The position numbers and the translations under genes are program-made. The notes under the pieces are model-generated. The model ran no database searches. It saw only the letters and a list, made by a program, of their open reading frames with translations, and was not told the DNA's origin. A DNA stretch of 64,000 nucleotides from Zootoca vivipara (taxonomy: Eukaryota). The DNA is taken from NCBI RefSeq assembly GCF_963506605.1, contig NC_083288.1, positions 28,892,001 to 28,956,000 of the forward strand, written 5' to 3'. Positions 36,301-47,800 of this stretch are shown one piece after another. Each line of letters opens with the position of its first letter. The stretch's first letter is position 1.

Positions 36301-37814
36301 AGGATTGCCCAACAATATTGAATCTGAATTGGGCAAAAATGTGTTTTCACGGCAGTAGGGGTGGAGCAGCAGACTCTAGTGAAGAAGTATTTTTTCTGGT
36401 CCAGTATTTAAGCTGAAGGTACTTACCAGCAACCTTCCCTTCCACACCATATATATGGTATCTTACTTCTTTGGTTCTTAGAGTGTGCTGTGGTGTAAAA
36501 AGGTCATCGTATTCTTGACCAGGAAGGAATTTGCCCTCAAACAATTTGGGTCTCTTGTGGGTTTTTTTTTTGCCTTCCTCATAGCAATTGTCACAACGAC
36601 CTAAGCCTAGCAGGACCTAGCTAAGGATAGCAGGGCAGCCTATTATATAGTAGTAAACCCATCAAGTGTTAATTAGACTTAAGCAGAGTGGTTACAGAAG
36701 GCTGGTTATCTCATAGTGCCATCATTACATATCTTTAGGCGCCAGGTGAAAACATTCCTCTTCAATCAGGCTTTTCTCTGATTAAGCAATCTATGGCCCT
36801 TTGAATTAATTATGTTATATATTTTGTGTTTTCATGTTGTACCCCACCCTGTGACCTTTGGATGAAAGGCTGAATATCAATTTAATAACAATAAGTTATC
36901 TTTGCTTTTCAGATATGCATGACTGTTATGACTGCATGGACACAACCTATCCAAACATGAAGCATGATTTCTGCATACCCAAAGCTAGAACATTCTTATC
37001 TTATAAAGAACCTCTGGGAATCACCTTAAGCCTCTTTGTACTTTCCTTAGCGTTAATAACAGCTCTGGTGCTGGGAATAATTCTGAAGAACCACAACACT
37101 CCCATTGTCAAAGCCAACAACCGGAACCTCACATACATTCTCCTGATTTCCCTTCTGCTTTGCTTCATTTCTGCATTGCTTTTCATTGGCCATCCTGAAC
37201 CGGTGACATGTCTTCTCCGACAAACTGCATTCAGCATCATCTTCTCAGTGGCTGTTTCTTCTGTGCTGGCAAAAACTATCATGGTGGTTCTGGCATTTAT
37301 GGCCACAAAGCCAGGAAGCAGGATGAGAAAATGGGTGGGGAAAAGCCTGGCCAACTCCATTGTTGCATCTTGTTCCTTTGTGCAAGCAGGCATTTGCAGT
37401 GTGTGGCTAGCAACCTCTGCCCCATTCCCACATGTGGACATGCACTCAGTGACTACAGAAATTATATTAGAATGTAATGAGGGATCTGTCATTTTATTCT
37501 CTTGTGTCTTGGGCTATCTTGGCTTCTTGGCTATTGTCAGTTTTGCTGTGGCTTTCTTTGCTAGGAAGTTACCGGACAGTTTCAATGAAGCCAAGTTCAT
37601 CACTTTCAGCATGTTGGTGTTCTGCAGTGTGTGGCTTTCCTTCATTCCAGCTTATCTGAGCTCCAAGGGCAAATACATGGTGGCTGTGGAGGTCTTTTCT
37701 ATTTTAGCTTCCAGTGCTGGCTTGCTTGTGTGCATCTTTGCACCCAAATGTTATATCATTTTGTTGAGGCCTGAGCTGAACAACAGGGGACAGCTAATAA
37801 GAAGATCAGAGTGA
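30070..37814 (+). CDS. Vomeronasal type-2 receptor (V2R), gene C, 6 exons, ~871 aa; close paralog of A
   Basis: Exons 30070-30287, 31318-31609, 33375-34223, 34925-35152, 35664-35790, 36913-37814. GT-AG; sizes 218/292/849/228/127/902 in frame. Confidence 0.93.
32380..32755 (-). mobile_element. L2-like LINE 3' end with (TAA)n tail
   Basis: Reverse complement of the 29065 element; ORF remnant [15 protein letters not shown]. Confidence 0.85.
33083..33343 (-). mobile_element. Short L2-like 3' fragment flanked by (GAT)n and (TAA)n
   Basis: Same 3'UTR as the 32426 element; absent from the paralogous position in gene A. Confidence 0.8.
34541..34680 (+). mobile_element. tRNA-derived short SINE (Squam3-like)
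   Basis: A box TAGCTCAGTTGG, B box GGTTCGAGCCC, CR1-like tail CCTTCCAACTCTACAATTCTATGATTCTA. Confidence 0.75.
35410..35545. mobile_element. hAT MITE
   Basis: TIRs CAGGCATGTCAAAC / GTTTGACATGCCTG; 8-bp TSD CTCTAGCT at 35402-35409 and 35546-35553. Confidence 0.88.
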
Positions 37815-38656
37815 ATGGTATGCATTTTATTATAGTATGTGGTCTGGTAATATTTTAAATTATACAGAGATTCATTATATTTTAAAGAAAACAATAAGAA
37901 TTCAAAAAGAGTGTGACTTGGCTAAAATGAGCTTGCTTGAAGGAACTTACAGAAGCCTGCTGCTATTCAGCAATTCAGGCTAGCAATGTGAAGAATCTTC
38001 TTCTGCAGGAATAGCTCAAGCTGCACCTACAAAGTGATTTGCTTTTGTTTGTCACTTGATGTAACCCTACCTGCCCATAAAAACAGCCTATTGAGGAACC
38101 TTAGTGTGGTATTCTATCGTGTCTGGATTTGGGTTTGGTTAGCCCTGAATCCTCCCACATCAAATTGGTACTATTCTGGAAAGCCCAATATGCTTCACTT
38201 AGGGTCAGAAGTGGAATGGGGCATGCCAATGAGGCATTATTTGTGTATGGTCTAATCAGATGTTGGAGGAAGATGTACACAAAGTCCTATGTAGAAATAC
38301 AGTATCTATATGTATGAAAATGCAGCAGCTATTAATTAAGAATTTTGTATATTTACACAGAAAGCTTACTATCTCTCCAGTGTGCATATACTTTGCCAAG
38401 TTACAAAGAAAAAGCTCTGTGAGTTTGTTCATTTGTTTAAAATGATCTGCTTATAATTTTTAGCACAATTGTATTAAATTCACAAGTGTATCACACCCTA
38501 CTGATGGGATGAATCCTACCTTATTTCAGAAGGATATCTGCAGTTGGTTTTCTATGAGGCCATCATTAACAGGTTTGAGGTCATGAAAAAGAAAATAACA
38601 TACTTCATAGAGGTTTCCCTAGGTGGGAATACTTCCAAATTACAGAAAATTTGTAA

Positions 38657-39318
38657 TTGTCTTTGTGCATTGCTACCGGTATTCATTGGCCAGCTTCAGA
38701 GGGTAGCATATCTTCTCTGACAAGCTTTTTTGGCACCATCTTATCAGTGGCTGTTTCCAGTGTCCTAGCGAAAACCATCACAGTGGTTCTAGCTTTCATG
38801 GCCACCAAGCCAGGATCCCAGATGAGGAAGTGGGTGGGGAGAAAGCTGGACGCTTTCATTGTTCTTCTCTGTTCCCTTATCCAAGCAGTTATTTGTTCTA
38901 TATGGTGAGCAACCACTCCTCCATTCTCTGATATTGACAAGGATTTCATGCCTGAAGAAACTGTACTGGAATGCAATGAGGGGTCTGTGGCTATGTTCTC
39001 CTGTGTCTTGGGCTATTTGGGCTTTCAGGCTATTATCAGTTTCATCGTTACTTTCCTTGCTCGGAAGTTGCCAGTCAGTTTCAATGGAGCCAAGTTTATA
39101 ACATTCAGTTTGCTAGTGGTTTGTAGTGTTTGGTTGTCCTTTGTTCCAATCTACAGTATGTGAGCTCCAAGGGAAAATACATGGTGGCTGTAGAGATATT
39201 TGCCATCTTAGCTTCTAGTGTTGGGTTGCTGGGTTGCATATTTTCTCCAAAGTGTTAGATAATTCTGTTGAAGCCTGAGCTGAACTGCAGGGAGCAGCTG
39301 ATGAGAAGAAAGCCTTGA
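38657..39318 (+). pseudogene. V2R pseudogene: orphan, 5'-truncated exon 6 (7TM)
   Basis: [38 protein letters not shown]; in-frame stops (38718, 38906, 39256) and frameshifts; no exons 1-5 seen upstream. Confidence 0.9.
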
Positions 39319-39712
39319 ATGTTTTGCCCAAATAATGTGCACTGCTAGTTATCATAGTCTGCAATCCATATGTGTATATCCATGCCCCCTAATGTTTGCA
39401 AACATTTCCCTCTCAAAATAGAATATTTTCATAGCCGTTGAAAAACTCCATAATTTTAAAACAGCAAACTTCCATTCCAGAAGTATACAGCAACACAGAA
39501 ATGAGGGTCTGAGTAGATTTAAATGGTAAAATGATGGATGCTTTAAAAAACATTATGAGGAGTAAAGCAAGGTTGCATTCTTGCTTCCATGGTTTTTACT
39601 GATATAGGGTTTTCACACCTATCAGTCAATCACCCATTCCCACCACCCTTCTGAGTAATACCCCTCCCCACTCTCTCACTAGATATAAGGGTCTGGTGAC
39701 TTCTGTTTCAGT

Positions 39713-39750
39713 GTATCTGAAGAAGTGTGCATGCACACGAAAGCTCATAC
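39713..39750 (+). ncRNA. Minimal type I hammerhead ribozyme motif
   Basis: GTAT-CTGAAGA-A-GTGTGC-AT-GCACAC-GAAA-GC-TC-ATAC, with perfectly paired stems I and II. Confidence 0.8.
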
Positions 39751-39786
39751 CAACAACAAACTTAGTTGGTCTCTAAGGTGCTACTG

Positions 39787-39878
39787 CAGGAGGCAGTCGA
39801 AGACAAAAGTCCCTGGTGTGCTCTGGTCCATGGGGTCACGAAGAGTCGGCCACGACTAAACGACTAAACAACAACAAC
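39787..39878 (+). mobile_element. BovB-type 3' tail nested in the Penelope element
   Basis: GGTCCATGGGGTCACGAAGAGTCGG...(CAA)n; 12-bp TSD AAGGTGCTACTG at 39775-39786 and 39879-39890. Confidence 0.88.
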
Positions 39879-39994
39879 AAGGTGCTACTGGAAGGAATTT
39901 TTTTATTTTGTTTCGACTACGCCAAACCAACACGGCTACCTACCTGTAACCCCCTCTTTAGTAAATAGGATCAGAATTTTCTCAACCTTGATTT

Positions 39995-40400
39995 GTCTGG
40001 ATGATTTAGTGATTTTCTCTATTCTCTGATTCTGTCTCAACAATCTTTTGGAGATCTCATCCAGTTCACAAGATGGTGCCTGGATCAGCAGGCTATAGAA
40101 GAAACTCTTTCATTTAGATACCTGGGTGTTCTCTTTCATGAAAGCCTCCCTTAGAAGTGTCATATGGGTGCAGTGAAAGTGAAGACACAGAAAACCATTG
40201 GGGCATTGATGAAGTTATATTACAATAATGGAAGACAGCTAATTGAACCTGCCTTAAATATATTTGGTAGCAAAATACTTACCCAAATGTTCTATGGCAT
40301 TGAAATCTGGGGCTCTGAGTAGAACTTCATTATAGTTTTAGAAACAATACAGAATAATTACTTTCTACCATCAGGAATAGCAGCAGGTAATCTTGGTGGC
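39995..40400 (+). mobile_element. Old degraded LINE RT fragment
   Basis: Remnant motifs DDLV, FRYLGVLF, MFYGIEIWG, LETIQN; a homologous piece (YADDLV) lies at ~14436-14505. Confidence 0.55.
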
Positions 40401-41409
40401 CAACAATCAAAGCAAGAGAGGGCTACGCTCTCTTAAAAGTATGTCAAAATTGCTACTATGCCTCTTGAGAATTTTTCTGCTTTGTGCTATTAAAAATAGA
40501 TATATGTGATGGGCAGCAAAATAATGGGAGGGTTTGCTAGAAACCTTGAAAGGTAGAGGGGGTGAAAAAAAATATTTGGTCCACTTCTGACAGTTGGCTG
40601 ACATGCTGAATCTTTCTGGTGAATCTAAATTCAACTCCCAGTTCAATTTTCTATTAATTAATTAATTAATTAATTAGAATTATTCTTAATTTTCTATACC
40701 ACCCTTCATCTGAGGATCACAGGACAGTTTTCAGTATACTGTAATTATATACAGTACTGTAATTATACAGCTTCTGTACAAAAAAAATGGCCTTCTCAAG
40801 TTGCAGACCTCGCCTCCACCCTCTATGCACAGCAGCTAAGGCTCACATTGCCTTGCCAGCCCTTAGGGGAATTCCCCAGCTGGCAGAATCTAGGATCAGG
40901 GATTCCCCACCCAAATACTGTCTTCAAATGGGCCAGTAGGAGGCCCTGCTGAATGGGCAGTGCCTTGCCAGCTGGCTGGGCATTAGCTGTTGGCCATGTC
41001 TGGTCAGTCAGCAATGCATAAAAGCTGGCCACGCCTACCTTCTGCAGTGCAGATATTTGACATAAAAGATGCAGACAAAATGTGCATTTTATAGATGAAT
41101 GTATTGAAAAATATTTTATAATTATTAAATGGTTCAGATTTTACATAAAACTGTGTACTAAATACCTTCAATTTAAGTTGGGTGTTTTTGTTTTGTTTTT
41201 TATGAAGCCGCTAAAAATATGTAAATACACACAATGAGATGGACTGGAGCAATGACAGAGTAAGAGTGATTATTATTCAATTTCTAACCCATGCTTCACC
41301 AGCAACAAGTATGTTCCTGTTCTCTGTCGCATACCACAGTACAGTAATTTGTGATGACATTCCCTTTCTGTGGATCATTCTAAACAGAAATATTCCTTTC
41401 TTGGGTGGG

Positions 41410-41520
41410 AGAAAATGTTCACATGTGAAAAACAAGTTTTCTTCTGCAATTCCATCGGGAACCTCTGAACCTGGATCTGGTGATTGTCTTTAATTATCAA
41501 AAGAGCTGTAATTATTTTGT
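41410..41520 (+). promoter_or_regulatory. Conserved upstream module of gene D
   Basis: CACATGTGAAAAACA (41420), TTCCATCGGGAA (41450), TAATTA (~41491 and ~41508). Confidence 0.55.
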
Positions 41521-41712
41521 AAAAAATAAAACAAAACTGAGGTGTTTTAGTGACCACTAGCTAAATGAATAGCAAATCCAGTGAAATATAAATATGTCTA
41601 ATACCATTTAGAAATAAGAAAAGGGACAAAGAAGACTTATACTCCAGTCTTTAAGCCTATCAGCACACTGGATGAATGCTCAAATCAAATTGTGACCATA
41701 GAGACTCTTATA

Positions 41713-41798
41713 CTGCAATCCTATACATGCCTACTCAGAGGTAAGCCCTATTGAGTTCAATGAGACCTACTCCCAAGAAAGTATGTATAGGATTGCAG
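41713..41798. mobile_element. Short palindromic MITE ~80 bp upstream of gene D start codon
   Basis: 16-bp inverted termini CTGCAATCCTATACAT / ATGTATAGGATTGCAG. Confidence 0.7.
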
Positions 41799-41876
41799 CC
41801 TTAATGTTCAGAGCTACAGATGGGGGGAAAGAATGAAAAAAGTATCTCAAATGAAGATTTGTATTTGGATTCTAGG

Positions 41877-44800
41877 ATGGTACTATTAGTGCTGGTGGTG
41901 CTGGTCCTGCTTCCTCACATGGCATGCAAGGCTCATAGTGTTCAATGCAGGGTTCGTTTTCCTCACCCTCCATTTGACAAGTATCACCAGTCAGGAGACC
42001 TCATCCTTGGTGTTATTGCTTCCCAGAGCTTCATTGTCTCCAGTTCACTAACCTTCAGTACAGAACCTCCGCCAGTATTATCTGATGAGCTTACGTAAGG
42101 ATTTCTAAAAAATAATTTGATTTTTTAAATAAAAAAACCAACCCCCTGCTAATTTTTTATTATTATTCCACAAAACAGTATATTAGAAGCAGTAAAACTG
42201 TATTATAAAAACAGTAAGAGGTAAAAACAGGAATTCTGAAGTAACAAGATCCAATCTCATGGGTCGGGAAGAGCCTAGGCAGAATGATAACAAGACATCT
42301 GAAGCAACTAATAGATGGTGCATTTTGTATGACAGATGATTCTTTTGTATGATACAGTGCCACAATTAATTGTTTTTCCCAGGTCACCTATGTGATCTTA
42401 AAGGTCTATTCAGGTAACCTGGTCCCCAGTTGGTCTGGGCTTTATATGGTGGTGCAGTAGCTAATTGACCAGCTGTGCTGTAGTGCCCTTGCTATTTTCA
42501 TTCCTTCATTCCCTTTGTGTTACCCAAGTAATCACTTCGAGAGTTCCTGATCCAGAGACATGGCTTATTGGACTGGACAGAAGAAAATGCTGGTGCAATT
42601 GAGGGGCTGATGAAAAAGAGGTGTACTTTTTCCTGCTGTTTCTTGTTCTTTTGTCTACCATTTCTATGTCACATGAAGGGTATTCTCACATTGTTGTTGT
42701 TGTTTAGTCGTGTCCGACTCTTCGTGACCCCATTCTCACATTACCTTGTGTTAAAAATTACCACCCACAGCTGTTTGCTGAAAAAGAGCGTTCTGCTCAC
42801 ATGTCCTCCTGCATTCTCTCCAACTGGCTTTGATCAGTTTTCATTCTAATTTTTCGGTGGTTATTCTATGTCATCATACATCTTCATCCCTGTCTCCACT
42901 CATGCATTTCTTTTCTTTTCTCTTGACGCAGTAGCACAGCAAATATAAAAACACAAAATAAGTCTCTAAAACATTGGGTTGTGGCCAACATGGTTATACT
43001 CAAAGTACGCTCATTGAAATCACTGGACTTAATTAACCGTGCCCATTCATTTTAATGGGTCTGTCCTAAGTATGATGTAACTGGATGCAACTCATACATT
43101 CTTAGTCATATCTGGTCTACTGAGAATCACAAGTGCGTCTTAGTGACAAGTACATGTGAATTGTATTTCAGCCTAAATATTTTGGATCATAACAGCATCC
43201 TTTTAATATTTCTTCAATTTCCTAAAGGTGTTTCTCATCAGCAGGACTCTCACAAATGTATAGTTGAACCCCATACTGACAATAGGTCCCTTCAGGCCAG
43301 TACAGTTTACTCCTAGCAGCAATAAATATCCAAGCACTGAGGTGCAGGTTTCTGTAACCTTGATACCCACAACTTGTCTTTTAATGGGGCCATCTGACAG
43401 CAAAGGAAATGCTCAATTTATAGTTCATTTTGTTTCACATTTCACATTTTCTGTGCTCTATGTTTTGTAGATACAGCAATGAATTTCAGTATCACCATTT
43501 CCATCTTTCCATCTATATGCATTGTTTTTAAGACATCCCCTTTTAACAGGCATAGTGATTTTTGTGACACTTCCCAATGCTATCTAGACTTTTTTTCATT
43601 CTAAGTCACTGTTCTTTCCCATTTCTGGATTCTTTTATATTAAAAAATAGATACACTGGGTGTTACTTTATTCATTTATAATAACAAATCTTTAATACGG
43701 TCAAAGACCAGCGAGAGAATTATACAGTTCAGTTCATGGGTATCTACGTAGTAAAATTGCAGATAAAATGTTACAAATTTTAAATTTTTATAAAAGTTTA
43801 ATATATGAATCTCAGCCACCTGTCGACGCTCCTGTGATAATCCTACGATAGATCAACTAGGTTATCTGTCACTGGTGTTTGCTGTCATCACGGCTTGTCT
43901 TATTCTTGTCGCTATGTAACAAAATTTTGCTACAATCCTGGTAGTCTCTATGTCTTTGTCAGCTAAAAAGTGTCTGGTGTAGGCTTCCTCTGATCGGCCG
44001 GGCTGTTTCACTAGGAGTGCTTCAATCAGCTCTTTCCTCGTATCATGATATAACTGGCAATATAAAAGGACATGCCAGATGGAGTCGATCTCATTGTCAT
44101 CACAGGGGCATAGTCTTTGGTCAATCAGAGTCTTGTTGTATCTACCGACTAATAAAGCTGAGGGGAGGGCGTTAAAACGACTTTATTCATTTGATAACAG
44201 AGTTAGTTCTGATTCATTTATCATTTTTTGTACCCTAGTAGCCATCCCTCAGAATATCAAGCAAGACTTACTTATCTTCAAATGTGACTAAGAAATTATT
44301 GTGTAGAAATTGTTCAGCCGATGAGAGCCACAACCACCTTTCTTCATATCTGATTCTTGTTGTTTGGAAAGGAAATAACAAACCAAGAAAGGATGGACTG
44401 TGTCATGTTTTATTATTTAAATATTTATATATTAAAAATTCACAGAATCATAGAATTTTAGAGTTGGAAGGGACCCCAAGGTTCATATAGCCCAACCCCA
44501 GCAATGCAAGAATCTCAGCATATATACCACTATGTCACTGAAAATATGTATATCAAAGTGATTTACAGCCATAAACATAAAACCATACAATAAGAGCCAG
44601 ATAAAATGTCCTTATGATGATCACTGATGTTGTTTAGTACTATCATCTCACTTCTTGAAGATGATGGCTAATGCTGTTTGGTAGTTTCACCTTTGATAGA
44701 CCATGTTATGCTAAGGAATGCCTACAGAAAAAAGTTGTGTAAATCCTATTATGAATAATTATATTGAAAAAAGATTATGCATAACACAGTTGTGATATTT

Positions 44801-47800
44801 GTGCAAAGCTTAGCAGAATACACCTCTTGTTCTAGCGTAGTGCCAAAGCATTACCAGCACATTCTAGCCTTGGCATTTGCAGTAAAGGAGATAAATGAAA
44901 ACCTCCACCTCTTACCCAATGTTACCTTGGGCTTTCACATCTATGACAGCCATTTCACTGCAAAGTGGTCCTATCATGCCACAATGCTACATTTATCTAC
45001 ACTGAAGAGATTTTTCCCCAACTACAAATGTGGCAATCAGGATAACTTGATATCAGTTATTGGTGGACTGGACTGTCAAACCTCTCTTCATGTGGCAACA
45101 ATCTTGGAGCTATATAAAGTTCCACAGGTAAGGTTTGTGTGTAGCATGAAATTTTGAACTTACTTCATACCTCCCTTCTCCTTCCAGATTCCATTTCATT
45201 GTTGAGTGACATAAATGTTTAAAATGAAGGTAATGAGGTAGCTATGATATTTTCTGTGCATGGCATGTCCAGACTAAGAGAAACAGCCACTATGGTTTGT
45301 TCATTTTGTCTTTGTTTGTTCATAAATGAGACAAAGAAAAATCTGAGATGAGACTCACGAAAAAAATTCTTCTGGGAACTCATGTGGTTCAAACAGAAGA
45401 ATAGATCTACAGCATCTGGCCTATTTGGATAAGAGTGCAATTTAAGGTTTTAATTCAAACTCTATTTTATTTGGTCATCTGTTATAAACACTATTGTGAT
45501 GAGATAAGAAGGGAGCTATACAGGGCCGGATTTAGGTTTGATGAGGCCCTAAGTTTCTGAAGGTAAGGGGCCCTTTATATGTCCAGCTGTACTCTGTAAA
45601 GAACAAATTGTTGCTGGTTTTTGTGTTGAATGTACACTATTTGTTAATTTATGGACCTAATAGGTATTTAAAGCCATTTGCACATAACAAAACACTGTTG
45701 CTGCATGTAGGTTTTATTTTATTTGTTTTTATCTTATATTTTGGAAATGTACTTCCAGGTTTTTTCACTTAATTTTTTTTGGGGGGGCCAAGAGAGTGGG
45801 GCCTTAAGCTATAGCTTGTTTACCTTATACATAAATCTGGCACTGGAGCTATATAAGTCCTGATTCTAAAATGGACCACATGTACCCAAATTTTCAAAAG
45901 TAGATCCTGATTTTAGTTGGACTGAGCAAAAAGCTCAGAATTTGAGTAACTTGAATAGAGGTAGAATGTCCTTTGTCAGGCCATAAGTTCCAGAGCTGCT
46001 GAGGTTGCAGAAATAGCAAGAGGGGCCCCTCTGCCAATTTTCCAGAGTCCTCTTGTCAGTCTTAACACTCAAGAGGAAACTATAGCGAAGGAGGCAGTCT
46101 TTCAGGTATTAGAGGTATAAGATATTTGTGGCTGTAATGTGAGGAGCTTAAGTTGAACCCAGAAATGCTCAGAAATGACAACATGCAAACATGCTTATAT
46201 TATATTTACATTCTTTCCTTTTGACTGCTTATGTTGCATTGGGTTTAAAACATTGTGTGGTTAAAGTGAAACAAGTCCTCCCTCAGCCAGTTCTCCCCAG
46301 CTTCCTGATGCAAGGTGGACATAAAATAGCCACCATTTAATCAGTACAGTGGTACCTCAGTTTATGAACACAATTGGTTCCGGAAGTCTGTTCATAAACT
46401 AAAGCGTTCATAAACTGAAGCGAACTTTCCCATTGAAAGTAATGGAAAGTGGATTAATCTGTTCCAGACGGTCCACGAAGTACTTAAACTGAAGCGTTCA
46501 TAAACTGAAGCGAAGTTTCCCATTGAAAGTAATGGAAAGTGGATTAAATCGTTCCAGGTGGGTCTGCGGTGTTCGTAAACCGGAAATTCATAAACCGAGG
46601 TGTTCATAAACCGAGGTTCCACTGTATAACGCCCCTCTTTGCAGCATGAAAGTAACAACATTCACTTGCTTGCCAGCTTGCTGCAACTTTTCTTTGCATT
46701 ATATGTTGCAATAAATGTTGTTGTTATTATTGTTACTATTAATATCACCTTCCCCTCAATTCCACATCTCTCCATTTAGCTAATATATGGCCCAGCTCCA
46801 GTGATGCATGGCAAAGTCCCAGGCCTTTTCTTCTACCAGCTGGTCCCTGAGGAAGCCCTTCAGTATGAAGGGATTCTCTCTTTGCTTCTGCATTTCAGGT
46901 GGACGTGGATTGGGATAATTGTGATGGATAATGACAGTGGAGAAAGATTTCTGCAAAGTGTGGATCCAGTGTTCTCTCAGAATGGCATCTGTTTTGCCTT
47001 CATAGAGAGATGCCCCATGTTATCTGTTGTCACTGAAATGGAAGACATGATGCAAGTTGGGGCAAGAATACATGACAAAATCATGGACTCTCAAACAAAT
47101 GTATTGGTGGCTTCTGGAGAATCTTACTCTGTTATGTATTTGAGATGGTTGCCATATCTGTCACACCTACAACATGAGACCAACAAACTGAAAGGTAAAG
47201 TATGGATAATGACAGCCCAAATGGAGCTTGTCTCACTGGTCTATCAAAGGACTTGGGATACACAGATACTCCATGGTGCTCTGTCCTTCACATTTCACTC
47301 CAATAATCCATCAGGATTTAAAACTTTCCTTGGGAGCAGAAGCCCTTCCAGCATAAAAGGAGATGGTTTTATCAGCCACTTCTGGGAACAGGCCTTTGAC
47401 TGTGTATTCCCAAATACTACTGTTGACAAGGTGCAAGGGAACATTTGCACAGGAGATGAAGAACTGGAGAGTCTTCCCGGAACTTATTTTGAAATGAGCA
47501 TGACTGGCCATAGCTACAGTGTCTATAATGCTGTCTATGTCATGGCACATACTCTACAAACTGTGTCTTCATCTCAACTTAAAAAGAGGGCAATGGTGAA
47601 TGGAGGGAGATGGACAGTTCAGACTCAAGATTTGTGGCAGGTAATGGGTTGATATTTCATCAATCATTGTATTATATCCTTTGTGTTAAGAAAGATCCCG
47701 AAGAGCCTTTTTCATCTTGGCATTTACATCTCCCTTCCTCTTACCATCAGACGGAAAATAGTTTTTTCTGTGCCTTTTCTGAGCCTGCCTTTATCTGTGA

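Larger units (their letters stand above)
39608..39950 (+). mobile_element. Penelope-like element pseudo-LTR / 3' end
   Basis: TATA-like GATATAAG, hammerhead motif, end AACACGGCTACCTACCTGT shared with 26261-26279; left boundary approximate. Confidence 0.75.

Noticed and set aside
46385-46615. Regularly spaced repeats resembling a CRISPR array
   Set aside because: Internal repeats of a TA-flanked MITE in a eukaryotic genome; no unique spacers or cas genes.
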